Shown here: in pieces, positions 34,917 to 46,849 of the stretch | How positions within the stretch are numbered: the first letter of the stretch is position 1 | Layout of the letters: each line of letters begins with the position of its first letter | Assembly (NCBI GenBank): GCA_965655095.1 | Contig: OZ296658.1 | Location: 71,548,001 to 71,612,000, forward strand | Direction of reading: 5' to 3' | DNA length: 64,000 nt | Source of the DNA: Haplodiscus bocki | Taxonomy: Eukaryota | Notes under the pieces: model-generated | Databases searched by the model: none | Seen by the model: only the letters and a program-made list of their open reading frames with translations | What the model was told of the DNA's origin: nothing | Translations under genes and position numbers: made by a program

Positions 34917-35229
34917 GCACTGTTTAGCGTTATGGCTAACGCGACAACTCACCCCATTGACAAAGTGTTGAAAATGATTGGGGGCCTCTAGGGAGAAGAG
35001 AAAAGTAGAGATGACTGGGTAGGTGTAGGTTTTGGGGGGTCAAAGAAGGAAATCTCAAGATACATAGTGTCATTATACAGGTAGCCATCAGTTTGATTGA
35101 AGAGTTTCGTATGGGGAAGATGTATAGGCATCGAACTGTGGGTACAGTACAGAAGTCAGCTGAGGTTGGTCGGGTTAATTCTTTTAGGATTTAGTACTAG
35201 CACAGTCTAGCGTTATGGCTAACGCGACA
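34917..35229. repeat. 30-bp direct repeats (34917-34946, 35200-35229), possibly LTR termini
   Basis: gcac(t/a)gt(t/c)tagcgttatggctaacgcgaca, 28/30 identical. Confidence 0.7.
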
Positions 35230-38200
35230 TTAGTGCTTGCACAAAGAGTGAGAATTACGAAAATTCTTTTCCTGGTGCAACGTAACGTTCCCCATTGACT
35301 CGTGCCGCTGACATGTTTGGCACATGCTGTTTTTCTATTGGTTGCATTCTATGGCAACTTTTTGGAGTCAATCTGTGCTACCCTTTCTATCATTAAATAC
35401 CTTCCTGTGGACTGACGGGACTCTTTTTCTGACATGCTCTCCTAGTTATTCTACTCTGACAAATTATTTAACTCAAATTCCTCAAAATTATTCTCAGACC
35501 ATTTCCGCTTGAAAATCGTCTGAGCCGCAATGCCACTTCTCTCTCAATTCCTCAAAATTACCCAAGGCAAATTCTCCTTGAAAATATGTTTTGAATTATT
35601 TCACTTCCCCATGTTAATCGGATCAAACAGGGGAGCTTTCTCTGTACGATGTTTCGCTGACTTCCCCAACTCCTGCGACAGTAATTGTCAGTTGCGAGTT
35701 TTGATGTGAAGCCAAACCGCAAGCTTAAGTTGGACTCTATACAAATTTTTTACGGGTTTCTACTTAGCAGCAGAACTTTCAAGCAATTTTCCGGAACCAA
35801 TGGATTGAAACAGTCGCAATGGCTTGTCGACGACAACTGACGAAATCCTGCTGTGTTTGACTCCTCTTCTCTTCATTTGCGACAATACAACTCTCCGGGA
35901 TTGTATTGTGGAAACGAACAGTTCTTTTACCAAAGCACCTGAAGCATCTTATCTTGCTGTTGGCCTGTATCAGATTTTCTCTCGAACGCCCCCTTCATTG
36001 CAAGTTTATCTCATTCGGCCTTGTCGCTTGTCCACTCTAACTATTTTAACCATGGTGACCTCGTTATAACACATAACATGGATTTCGGTGAAAAACGGTC
36101 AACCATTTTCGCTGCAGTGAAGCTCACCTGTTCACTCCAGGATGTTTTCACCAACCTTCCAACTGCTACAGTTGGTTTCACTGAAATTCGCAAAGGGCGT
36201 ATGTCGTCGTTCCCTGTCAAGGCATCAGTTGCTTGCTTTGTTCCCGAAATGTCACTGTACTTATGACGCGTTCAATCGATCTCATTCCTGGGATCATCGT
36301 GTGAACTAGGGAGCTGAAATCCTCCGGGATTCTTCAACTTTTCCGAATTTGCATCTGCATTAAGGTCCAAAGCAATTTTTTGTAGATTGTATTAAGCACA
36401 ATTTGTATATATTGGGTAATTTTTTGCTCTTCCCACTTTTTTGAAACGAAACATTTCATCTTCCCGAAAGACGGATGAAAATAATGCCCCATAGATTCTA
36501 GAAGTGAAATTGTGGAAACTTCCGGAATTATTAGTGACAGTACAAGATGGCTCATAAGAACTTTTTTCACGTCATATTGATCGTATAACACTGGCTGCGA
36601 GATTTACAGAACCGGATTCCTGGTTCAAAAAATATTCTGTCTTCAAAGAAAGCATACAGGTTCATCAGTACATCCGAAGCATTTGATATGGTTTCTTGTT
36701 GAACTTTGGCGAACACGTTAGGGTCCAAGCAAATTTTGAAACGGAGAACCATCCAAAAAATGCATTTTCTAAAGGCGCAGGCGCTTCTCAAAAATTAAAC
36801 TTAACCCGTAAATCACTTAATGTTGATCAAAAATTAATACAAATTTTTGATACTTGTCCTGCGTAGCAAGATTAAGCTCTGGCGGCGTTCTTTTTGAATA
36901 ATTTGTCGACAACCGTTTAAATGCCACGACTGTTAAAGAGATCATCATTCGGCGTTGCCCACCAGCAGACAACACGCTGAGTTAGGAAAGAACATGAGCT
37001 CAGAACCCTGCGTTTGGTTTACGGATTAGCAGAGGCGTCCCTCACTCGTTCGAGAATCTTCTCTTCTGTCGGATCTGCAGGATTGGCAGCATCCCTTTAA
37101 AGACTTCTCCGCTGTTCACCGGGTTACCATCAGCATTATTGCTCGGCTTCAAACTTCGTATTTGTTTTCTCGGATTCAAGTGGTCTGTTTGCTCGTCCGT
37201 TTCATCTTTTTCGATGGGATCGCTGTGCTTTTCTTTTACACTCGCACATTTTTTAAATTTCTTGAGAGAATCGTCATAACCTATATCATGTAAGTCGTTT
37301 GAAGATTACTTGAGAAATGCAGGGAAAAATTTTATGAAGTAATTGAAAGAAAAATAGAACCGTTGTCATGGGTTTAACAGCAACATCACTGTTGTTAAAT
37401 TGGTAACAAAAGTTAGATTGATCTAGTTTCAAGAGTCAAACCATTATTTTAACGATAGAGTTTCATTTTTTCAAACTGCCTGTAGCCGTCCTTCCCGGGA
37501 CTTGTCCCTCGCTAACGCTAATTGTGCTCCCTAGCGAAAAACCACTGTTGACGGCAGATAGGGCCCATAGGCTACGAAAATTCACTGAGCACAGGCAACT
37601 GGTGAATTTTTTTGGTAAACCTTCGTTACAAAACGGTTTTTCTAATTCTTTTGAAACCAAAAGTAGAATTGTAAAATTTTGATTTGTAGAGTACATAATA
37701 ACATTCTGTCATTTTAAATCCTGCTCAGTCTAGCAGCAGACTTTTAGACCCCTTGAAACCTGGATTTTTTGAGCATCTAACTTTACCCTAAGTTTGCCCA
37801 ATGTTCCATAACCACACTAACCAACTGCCCCTTTACATTTTGAACCCTACCCCACCAAGCGTTACGCTTCCCCGGTCTTTACAAACGGAATGGTCAGGTC
37901 TCTAACTACATCTACTTAGCGTTGGTTTCCACGTTTTGCGTACTTGTTTTGATTTTCTTGTTGGTTTTGGGCCAAGTTCTCATACTGACACATCTCGAAA
38001 AAATTTATCAGAGTTGTTCCACAACAAACTTCGAAAATTGAGAAGTGCGAACACGGAAAGACGGCTTAGCTGTGTGATTGTTTTTGGAAAATTAGTGAAA
38101 GTAGCACTTGACTTTCACTTCTCATCCCGAACCAACATAGAACGGCCACCCGATAACTTCAGAAATCCTCGTTTTCTGAGAATTTGAAGGCTTTGAGTTA

Positions 38201-39199
38201 ACTCACCACGTCGACATACCCCAGAGCCTGCTCGTATTTTCACGTATACCCAATCATTCGGTTGATGAGAACATTCACTATAGTTGTCACCAATACCAAA
38301 CTCGCCAAAAGTGCCATTGATTATCGCCTGTTATCCTTGTCAAGTAGCTCAATTTCGAATTCCAGTAAAACATCGAGTCCAAAACACCCCCTTGCTCACT
38401 ACAAACAACGCAAATTTCGTCTTACACCAAAAACTTGGACTTCCACTACAACTACCATTCAAGTGAGATTGAGACTCTTCCCAATTACACTCCTGCAGCT
38501 CTAAGTGGGACTTCTACAGCCGTACTCTCTACCGCATTTTTCATCAGATTGGGTGACATTTGGTTAGCAAACCTCGAAATACTTGAAACATTCCTCGTAG
38601 CTTTGGGTACATCTGACGTTTCACTGATAACTCGCCTAAACCTCTTGTCAAAGCATCTCAGACTGCACCAGTAGAGGTCGCGGAACGCTTGATACCAGGT
38701 TATCAAGAGGACGACCGTCTTTACGTCAATTTTCTTTGGACCTCGCCAGGTAATGGCATTTTGTACATAAAGTCGTTTAGAACGGATACGGAGAGCCTAT
38801 TAAACTTTTTGGGACATTTTTCAAAACGTTCATCCAAGTTTTTCCCCATACGCTGAAATGGTCCACTCCGTATTGGCGTCTTGGTGAGTAGCAGCATCTA
38901 TATATCGATAACGGCGTCAACGAGAATTTGTTGACTGTCTAGCCATGAGCATCGACTGAAACTTAATAATTTCCCAACTTTTTCACATTCCATCAATTTA
39001 GAGTTTGAAGAAGTGACTGAGGCTGAATCCGAAACAGAGCTCGACGCAGCTGAGGAAGAAATCACTTTAGAGGCAGCCCCCAACGGCCGGGAATTTCCAC
39101 CAAGTCCACTCCGACACCTGGAGCCGGCTCCCGTGGTGCCGGTAGCTCTGCTAGCGGCACACCTGGATTTTCAACTATCTATCCGACTGTAACCTCATT

Positions 39200-42100
39200 T
39201 CCTCCGTTCACTGGAATGCCAGGACCTCCAAGCGCTGCAATAACGGTTCCATCCTGTTGCAAGCCCGAATCATTCAACGGTTCCGGTGATTTCGATGATT
39301 ATCCCAACAATTCAACACAACAGCCAGGTTGGCCGGCTGGTTTTCAGCAAGACTTGATCATCGACCTCAATAGTTCGCACTTCGCTTGAATGATAATGCT
39401 TTGCAATCCTACACAACCCTGTCCCTGGAGCAACAAGCCGATTACGACCTTCCCGTGAACGCATTTCGACAGAATTACATAACAAACGTCGATCTCCTGA
39501 AGGCGCGTTTGAAAGCTGCCAAGCGGCAACTCGAACAGGAAATCGCCAACTTTTTTTTGCGATTCACAAACCGTAGCACGTCGCGCCAGCCCGCACTTGA
39601 TTGATCAATTAGTCCTCACACGCTTCGTCCAAGGATTACACAGAGTCCCACTCATCGCTAGAAATTGAGGAAAGTGAAACCCAGGACAGTGGAGGAAGCG
39701 CTAACGCTAGCAATAGAACTCGACTCGTTCATTGCACTGGAAAGAACAAACTATCCCGGATCCGCCAGTCGAAGTAACTTCAGTATCAACAAAATTGCAA
39801 CCCCTCAATCTGATTGAATTGACGAACTCGTGCACTCCTTAAGGAAGAATGTGGGCAACATAAAGTGTTCCACCGACAAAAGAAACAATTCCCGTGACAG
39901 AAATAGGACCGATATCATGAATAGAAGCTGAGAACGTAACAAATCCAGGGAAGGCACCCAAAAACATTTCGAGTCATGGAACCGAATTCAACAAAGTTCT
40001 CGGTATTCATACGAAAAGCGAAACAATTCGTGTGAAAAGAATTCTCAATCGGTTCGTTTCGAGCTTCACAGACGACATTGAAACGACGGACGAAACAATT
40101 ACTCACGTTATGGATACAGAAATCAGAGACAGGATAATAACAGACAAAGCCCCCGCACACAAACACGCGAAAACAGGAAACGAATGTTCACCGAAACGAC
40201 AACTTCAAGAAACGCAGGGCTACAATTCCGACATACAAAGTCAGCCATATCGTCATTGTCGACGTATAAATCACTTCTGAAACGAATGCAAAGCACAGTT
40301 CAATTGCAAACGCATCGGACATATCTGCCGTGATTGCAAGGCGCCCAGAGCCAATCTGTTCAACTGAAACCATATATTCCAGCGGGCCTTAGCGCACACA
40401 TGAATACAGAGAATGGCCCACCACGAACAATTGTTTTGAATTCAGTGGTTGACCTTCGGAGTGCTTTTGTTGCCATTCAAGTGTGTGATAAATTGATCGA
40501 AGCAGTCTGTGATTGCGGAGAAGTGTTTTTGTCTGAGCTCAGTGCTTTTCGAGGACCTGTGGAAGACAAACGGGATCAAAGTGCAACAAGAACCTCAAGG
40601 CTGCTGATGGCCTACCTACCGGCGTCGATGGGTTCCCCTTACGGTTGGCAACAAACATTATGAACATCAATTTCATGTGTTAGAGAACACTGAGACTGAC
40701 TATTTACTGGGATTAGATTTCCTGGAAGGTAATCAATATGATTCTCTGTTTTCTCGGATGGAAATGAAACTCGATCCAACCCATTCCGTTCGGATGTATC
40801 ACAAAGCTTTCGACTATCACACCAATACGGTTTTTGGAGTCGTAGCGAGCGAAGCTACCCTGGTACCAGCAAGCCATACCAGAATTCTTCCAGCACATAT
40901 CCCACTTTGGAATGGACCACCCGTCTCCCTTAATGCTGTCTTGCAGCCCCAAAGCGAGTTTTTCCATGAAAACACTTTCTCTGTTCCAAATAAATTGTTC
41001 AACTACTCCTATGAAGTTATTCCAATTGCTTCAGAGAAAAAAGCTGACTCTCATATGACTATCTATAGCAACACAATCCTTGGATTCTTTGAAGTTATCC
41101 CTGATGGATTGTTGAATGGTTTTAGCCCCACACCGAAAGCCCTAACCCTCAAGAATTTTAGCAAAAACTGTGTCAGGTTACCCATTCAATTGATCCCAGC
41201 ATTCCAGATTGCCAAAATATTTAGAGACCTGATCCAGGATTTCAAGCATTTTTTCAAAAAGTGAATGGGACCTTGGCAAGTGCGACGCTATAACACATAA
41301 AATCGAACTTTATCGAGGTGCTAAGCCAGTGAAGCTCCCGAGCCCACGGATGCCCTTGCACAACAAGCAGGATTTGCAAGATAAAGTCGACGTTTTGTTA
41401 GAGAAAGACTTGATAGCCCCTTGTCATGGCCCATACAGCGCCCCCGCCATGTTGGTGCCCAAGAAAAATGGGAAACTACGCCTCGTCATACATTTCTGCC
41501 AGCTCGACAAATAAACAATCAAGTCTAGCTGGCCGATCTCATCAAAAGAAGAAATCTTCGACACATTAAACGAAGCGCTTTTTTTTCTACAATCGATTTG
41601 TCCGCACGTTTTTACCAAGTCCCAAGCGACACCACCAGTCAGAACTTCACCGCTTTCAGTACTCATGTCTGTTCCTTCATGTGGCTTCGCATGCCAATGG
41701 GTCTCACAGGGAGTCCAAATGCTTTCCGAAATTTAATGAAGCACATTTTGCTTGGTCTCACATGGAAGTCATATGTGTACCATATTTGGATGATTGCATC
41801 AAGTTTTCGAGGACCCCAGAGGAAAACGTTTCACGACTCCGCGAAGTTTTTCAACGCTTTGACGATGATAACCTGTAACGGAATCCTGCAAGATGTTCCT
41901 TTTTTCAAACCAAAGTGCAGTTCCTCGGCCACATACTAAAGATGGCCTCCAAGGTGACTCTGAAAAACTTGATGTCTTAAAGGGGTTCCCCATTCCATAA
42001 AAAAATCAAACTGAAGTAAACTCTTTCCTGGCACTAGCATCCTGTTACAGGCGCTTTGTCTCCAATTTCGCAACCATTGCCGCCCTCTCCACAAGGCGAG

Positions 42101-43930
42101 TGAAACTTCTTCTGTGTTACCTTGCTCTGAAGAAACCCAGGACGCTTTTGAGACCCTGAAGTCCCGCTTAACGTCAACACCTATTTTGGCCTTTCCGTGT
42201 CTCCAACGGCCTTTCATTCTGTATACTGATGCAAGCCAGTTTGCCGTTGGAGCTGTTCTCGCTCAAGTTCAAGATGGTATGGAAAGAGCCATTTGTTACT
42301 AATCCAAAGCACTTTTGAAGTCGCAAGGAAAATATTCATCAACTCGTCGCGAACTCCTTGCCATCGTAACTTTCACCAAACATTTCCGTCACTATTTGTT
42401 GGGAAGGAAATTTACGATAGTAACTGACCATGGGGCACTCCAACGGCTACACAATTTCAGAGACTCGGACTGCACGACAGTCCGTTAGTTAGAAAAATCA
42501 TCGTCGTTCGATTACACGGCTCGCCATAGGCCCCGGACGTCAATCGGTCATGCCGATGGCTTTTCAAGAATTCCCCTCCCATGAAGTCAAAGTTGTTGCA
42601 CACATTAGAAGCCAAATTGATTCCCTACATCAAAATGAAATCAACCAGTGGGAGCATTCCATCATGACACAAAAGAATGAGGATGACCATGCATCTACCA
42701 GTTCAGAGGAATGGCTTAACTTAGAACTTCTGCCAAATTCGCATTGTTCCCCAGAAGTTCGAATTGCCCCGAATCACTACCAGGAAATAATTGGCGACCT
42801 TTTGCATTCCACAGACTCCCTCACACATTGTGTCTCCGCTGACTTCAAAGTATCAGCCGGCTTAGCCCGAAATATTCGGAGAAATTTTTCGACAATCCTA
42901 ACAATTTGGATTATAGATTGAATTCACTGTGGCCTCAAAGGATAGCCGATCAGAAAAGGCACATTTACCATTTAGTTACCAAAAAATGTTCCATAACAAG
43001 CCAACTTATGGAGCGTGGCGCGTCTTCCTCGAGCGCATGCGGAGGGAAACGCGTTTCATCAAATTAGCATGCCCTGCATCGGTTGCCGTCCCGACAAACT
43101 CGAGTGGCACCTGGTTCGACAACTCATCCAGGTCACATTCAAGGCATCACTGGTTGCAATCGTTGTGAACCTTAAAGAGGAACTTGTCAGAACCATGAAC
43201 GCAAGCAACGAAGGCTGTTGGTCGGTTAGTCAAAGCGCAACAAAACTTGAGACATGTCAGAGAATGGGTAAGAAAAGGATTGACACCCCGAAACAATGAG
43301 CTTCAAGGAGTACCCCCGTTTAGGATGGCAGGTGTATAACCATTTAGCAAGCCTCTATCTCCATTAGGACGTACTTTGCCGAAAATTTGAACCCCTTGAC
43401 GGCAGTAAGCCTTATGTCCAATAGATTATCCCTCCCGCCTTGGTCTCTGAAATTATTACATCACTGCATAACTCAACCACGGCAAGACATTTGGGTAGCT
43501 ACAAGATGATTGAGAAAATACGGCAACGACGTTACTGGCCAGGATTCAAGGTGGACGTCAAAAAACATATTCGCTGTTGTGATCGCTGTCAAAAGCGAGC
43601 TGGACTTCCGAAGACACACCGACATTCTCTCATTGACTGGTGGGTTATTTACTCGTTCCATTACATTGGCTTGCATTTTTTGGATCTTTCCCGATATCGA
43701 ACAATTGTCAGTAAATTTTTTAAATTGGCGATCAGTTCAAGTGGCACGAAGCTACTCCACTGCCTGATCAGCGAGCTGAAACCACTGCCAACGCCCTACT
43801 TAACCACTGGATTTTCGTTTCGGATGCCCTCATAGCATACTTGCCGCCCAAGGTCGAAACTTCAAGTCAGAACTTTTCCAACATTTAATGCGACGGCTAG
43901 AAGTTGATAAAACGCGGACTACGTCCTTCC
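39200..43930 (+). mobile_element. Decayed Ty3/Gypsy element (gag-PR-RT-RNaseH-Macro-IN), truncated inside integrase; leader may extend to ~37900
   Basis: gag KPESFNGSGDF/ALRLNDNAL; PR IEAVCDCG..YLLGLDFL; RT SAPAMLVPKKNGKLRL, MPMGL, VPYLDD; RNase H FILYTDAS, RELLAIV; IN HLG..YWPG..CDRC, ending at KTRTTSF. Confidence 0.93.
42772..43170 (+). pseudogene. TARG1/OARD1 (Poa1p/DarG-like) macrodomain inside Gypsy pol
   Basis: GDLLHSTDSLTHCVSADFKVSAGLA ... HIYHLVTK ... NKPTY ... ISMPCIGCRPDKLEW, read across frameshifts. Confidence 0.9.
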
Positions 43931-45134
43931 GGTGGGATAATAGGTGTCTGTCTGCATGAACGGTCAGGAAGGATTGTCATAGTTGGTCGAAAATTGGAGG
44001 AGAGTTTCTGCGGTGACAGTATAGGACTGCAGAGACGGGGGAAGGAAGAGCAGAGATTTCATCGACGAGTTCGTGGGACTTAAAGTTTTGTAGAAATTGA
44101 GGAGTGCGGATTAATTGAATTGTTAATGCTCTCATGACAGAACTATCTTGAAATCTAAATTGTTTCTTGGGCGACGGAGAAGTTTTTTTAGGTTGAAATT
44201 GGACTGTTTTTTAGGGAAATCGGGCAGAGCGTTGTCCTAAATGTAGTCGAGGAATGGCAGTTAGAGAACGACGCCGTTTGAAAACACCGCCATCGAGAGT
44301 TTTTACAGCAACAGCTAGTGAACTGGCACCAAGGATATGCATTAGCCGAGACACATCCATTTCAGGAAGCTCAAAACAGAATACTATCTGAGAAGTGAAG
44401 ACTCAGCACACGACAAGCCCAGCGAAAGGCACACAAGAGTCAGCAAAAATTGGGGAGTGGGGCATCAGGCGAACAGATCCCACACAAACGAAGCCGGCGG
44501 AACGAAGGCCAGAGAAGCTGGAGGGCGCTTTTGTGCCATAGCGAAAAAGCAGCTCCAATTGAGGATACTCAAGGCGCCCTTGCTGTGCGGGAAACCCATC
44601 GGGTGCGCCAGGCGTACATCGCGGGCAGCGACGAATGTTTCCTAGAAAACGGCGCAGCCCCTCCAGGCCGCAATGATCGTAGACCTGACGGAGTGCTGGT
44701 GTGGTGAGGGTCCGATTGATCAGTGTGATGAAAGTTAACAGGCGGCCGGCTGCCTGAACAGGAGGGTCATCTGGCGTCGGAGATTTGTCCAGGTGAAGAC
44801 ATTTTAGCAACAAGTTTGCACGTCCGAAAAAAGAGTGGCGGTGTCAGCTTCTGGAGCACAGCATAGGAAGTGATATGAGGTATCATCTGGTGTATGATCA
44901 TCGTTGAAGTCGGTGGGGAGGGTCAAAATTAACTGCCGTAGAAGGCGTAATATGCGCAGAGTTAGACGATTTAGAGGTTAGTTGGCTTCGCAACGAGCCG
45001 AGCTTTTCGAGTTGTTCCTTTGAGCGGTTCATGAGTTCTTTGTGCGTGTGATTGAGGTCCGGGAGACGGGACCGGAGGTGCTTTACTTCAGCAGTCAGGC
45101 ATATCACTTGAGATTGGAGAGCAGCTTGCTTCAT
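43931..45134 (-). pseudogene. Decayed 5' part of a LINE (coiled-coil ORF1-like region and APE start) abutting the truncated Gypsy integrase
   Basis: Coiled-coil ORF 44898-45134 and a weak APE-like NFKSHELVDEI segment. Abrupt junction at ~43930. Confidence 0.35.
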
Positions 45135-46217
45135 TGCCTCAAGAAAACAAGATATTTACATCAGCTTTAGAAAGTTTGAAGAAAAGAAGCCATATACAAT
45201 TGAAACTATATAAAGTGAAATTTGGAGAGTATGACAAATAATTAATTTTTAAAACAGACGGATACTTTTAGAGGAGTCTTGTGAGATTATTGAGTAGATA
45301 ACATGAATTTAAAGTATAATAAAATGAGATTAAAATTAATTTACGAAATTGTTCGTTTCGTACAGTTTGTTTATTTAAGGCGAGTTGAGGGTACTTGATT
45401 TTCTGACAAGTCACCTGTGCTGTTGATAAAGTCACCTTTATCTTGTTGGCGCCTCGCTGTTTCCAGTGGTATCTGCGCGGCGCCTCGCTGTTATTGTTTA
45501 TTTTTTGCGTTGACGACCGCTAGCTATACCTTCAACAGTCGTAAATTTGTTTGTCTTGTTCCTTAAGTTGTCCTTTGGATCATTATGACTGTCTTGCCCA
45601 TTGAATAATTGCAAGTAGTATAATTTTGTTGGCCTCTCGCGGCTCCGACAACTAAGTCCTGATGCGACAATGAAATCGCCCAGTAAGGCGAATTTTTTCT
45701 CGACCTGCTTTCTCTTCTTCAAAATTAATGCTTTGGACCCGCTTTTCAATTTTTTTAGATTGTTTAGACATAAGCTAGTGTTCTGTTTTCAGGCTTGCTT
45801 TCTACGTTTATTGTAAGTCTACTTATCAATTCTTCGGAATTATTCTACGGCAAATTCCGCTTGCAAATTGTCTTCGTCGCAAATCTTTTTACTTCTTCTG
45901 AAATATTCGGCTTGAAAATTGTCTTAGACGCAATTCCTTTTTGATTCCACTAATTTTTTTCGGAAGACAATTTCCACTTCAAAATCTACTTGGAATTCTC
46001 TCGTTCCAATTACATAGAAAGTATGATAATAATTCTTTCTCTGCCCCATGCTCGTGTGATATAAGTAACATCAGATTTTCCACCAAAAGAAAATCATGTT
46101 ACTATTATAACCTATCTAGCTTCTCTTTTCGAATCAAAGTTTCAAAAACCAGATTTGGACACATCAAGATTGAAATATTGATAATTACATTACATAAAAA
46201 AGTACTTAATTGTTTAA

Positions 46218-46260
46218 CTAGTTATATCAAGTATCAAAACTAGTTATATCAAGTATCAAA
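46218..46260. repeat. Short tandem duplication (ctagttatatcaagtatcaaa x2)
   Basis: Two adjacent copies are visible. Confidence 0.8.
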
Positions 46261-46849
46261 CACATACCATGTAAAAAGCAGAAAGAATTGCTCTGAATTC
46301 GGATGATCCACCATTTGATGATGACAAGTGAACTCTGTGAAATTCATAATTGTTCTGAACTTTTTCATATGGCCTCAACAGAACTAACTTTGAATTATAA
46401 TGATATAATCGAAAAATCTGGTAATTCTACCATGAAACCTCTCTTTGACAAAGGTTTTTTTGGTAGCTGGGAAAATGTGTTGTTGAAAGATTACTTAACA
46501 TTCAAAAATGGACGCAGGGGTGTATTATGATTTCATCGTCCTCAACAATACCTGTCTAGCGTGCATATTGTATCGCTCTAGCTCAAAGTCTATTTTTCTC
46601 TACTTCTTTAATGGTTTCACGTTTTAGTCCCCTAGTTTCAGCTGAGGTTACTATTCCACCGAAGGTGTGCCAGATTCGTATTGTGGTCGCGAATACTTAT
46701 CCAATGGTGCATAACAGTTCATTCATGCTGAAAGGTTTATACTTTCTACATGTTTACGAAAGGGATTCCTCAATGGAAATAGTTGAAGCCTGGGTGGCTT
46801 TTAATTTTTTTTGCCTTTTGAACTTTTTTGAAAACCATTTTTCTGAAAA

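Noticed and set aside
45498-45749. SGNH esterase-type LINE ORF1 (ALLGDF)
   Set aside because: Only one degenerate motif is present and the other blocks are not convincing.
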